In this document: positions 63,492 through 64,000 of the stretch, piece after piece
Position numbering within the stretch: the first letter of the stretch is position 1
How the letters are laid out: every line of letters begins with the position of its first letter
Assembly: GCF_018350175.1 (NCBI RefSeq)
Contig: NC_058373.1
Coordinates: 113,648,001 to 113,712,000 of the forward strand
Reading direction: 5' to 3'
Length of the DNA: 64,000 nucleotides
Source of the DNA: Felis catus
Taxonomy: Eukaryota
Position numbers and translations under genes: made by a program
Notes under the pieces: model-generated
Seen by the model: the letters and a program-made list of their open reading frames with translations, nothing else
The model's database searches: none
Told to the model about the DNA's origin: nothing

Positions 63492-64000
63492 AAAAAATTA
63501 ACTCTATTTCTAAAGGAAAAAGTACTTCTAGAGTTGGATAGGAAAGAACAATCAGAGCAGCTTCCTTATCTCCCCCACTTCCTTTTGCTTGACTGTATTA
63601 GGAATGGTTGGGGCAGCAAGAGCTGTCACTGATATTGTGGACACTGAGAGGACCATGTCTTCCTCTGGGAGAATGGAAAATACTATACCCTGATGAGAGG
63701 CCCCAGGGTATAATGGATATGCTCAGAGAGATTAAATGAATTTGAAAGCGAGAGTTAGAAAAAATGTGGTATTTTATGTTCATGATCTCATCCCTCTGGG
63801 AGAGCTGTGCCTCATTTTGGAGTATAAAAAGGTGGGCACAGTCGTCAGAGGTCTATTATTATTATTACCTTCTTGTTATTGACCTTGATACCAACTTATT
63901 AATGATATAGACTAAGATTTATAACAATACCACATTCAGGTATCTTTGCAAAACAAAAAAAAATATCAGGATTAGTTAAAGCTGGAAATTACAAGTGACA

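Noticed and set aside
63684..63760. CTGATGAG hammerhead ribozyme core at 63690
   Set aside because: No stem II followed by GAAA and no stem III/NUH site; the motif sits in a simple tataccctg/cagggtata hairpin.
1..64000. snRNA, Y RNA, miRNA, numt, processed pseudogene, endogenous viral ORF or CpG island
   Set aside because: None recognised by eye; CpG clusters occur only inside young SINEs. A database search could still find diverged cases.

Overview
Non-coding, AT-rich mammalian DNA, almost certainly from a felid (cat family): about 30 tRNA-derived Can-SINEs are present, including near-consensus young SINEC_Fc-type copies. I find no credible protein-coding exon. The six-frame ORFs are SINE/LINE read-throughs or short random ORFs, and only retroelement protein fossils are recognisable (L1/HAL1 ORF1, L1 ORF2, CR1/L3 RT, L2-clade RT). 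The window is a mosaic of Can-SINEs, L1, L2, L3, MIR, MaLR LTRs, hAT and Tigger MITEs and microsatellites. All four MaLR LTRs lie on the minus strand, which suggests an intron of a + strand gene that I cannot name. The best observations concern retrotransposition mechanics and local mutagenesis: (1) repeated TSD-flanked tail-only insertions and a body-less SINE; (2) an L1 micro-insertion with a probable 3' transduction; (3) a probable gene-conversion tract between inverted SINEs; (4) a head-to-head SINE hairpin; (5) a tail-less young SINE; (6) a twin-primed L1; (7) a very old L2-clade RT fossil inside a SINE-free block; (8) templated palindrome patchworks. I do not claim a new biological system. 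Repeat subfamily names come from recalled consensus sequences and need RepeatMasker/Dfam confirmation, and boundaries of old elements are approximate.
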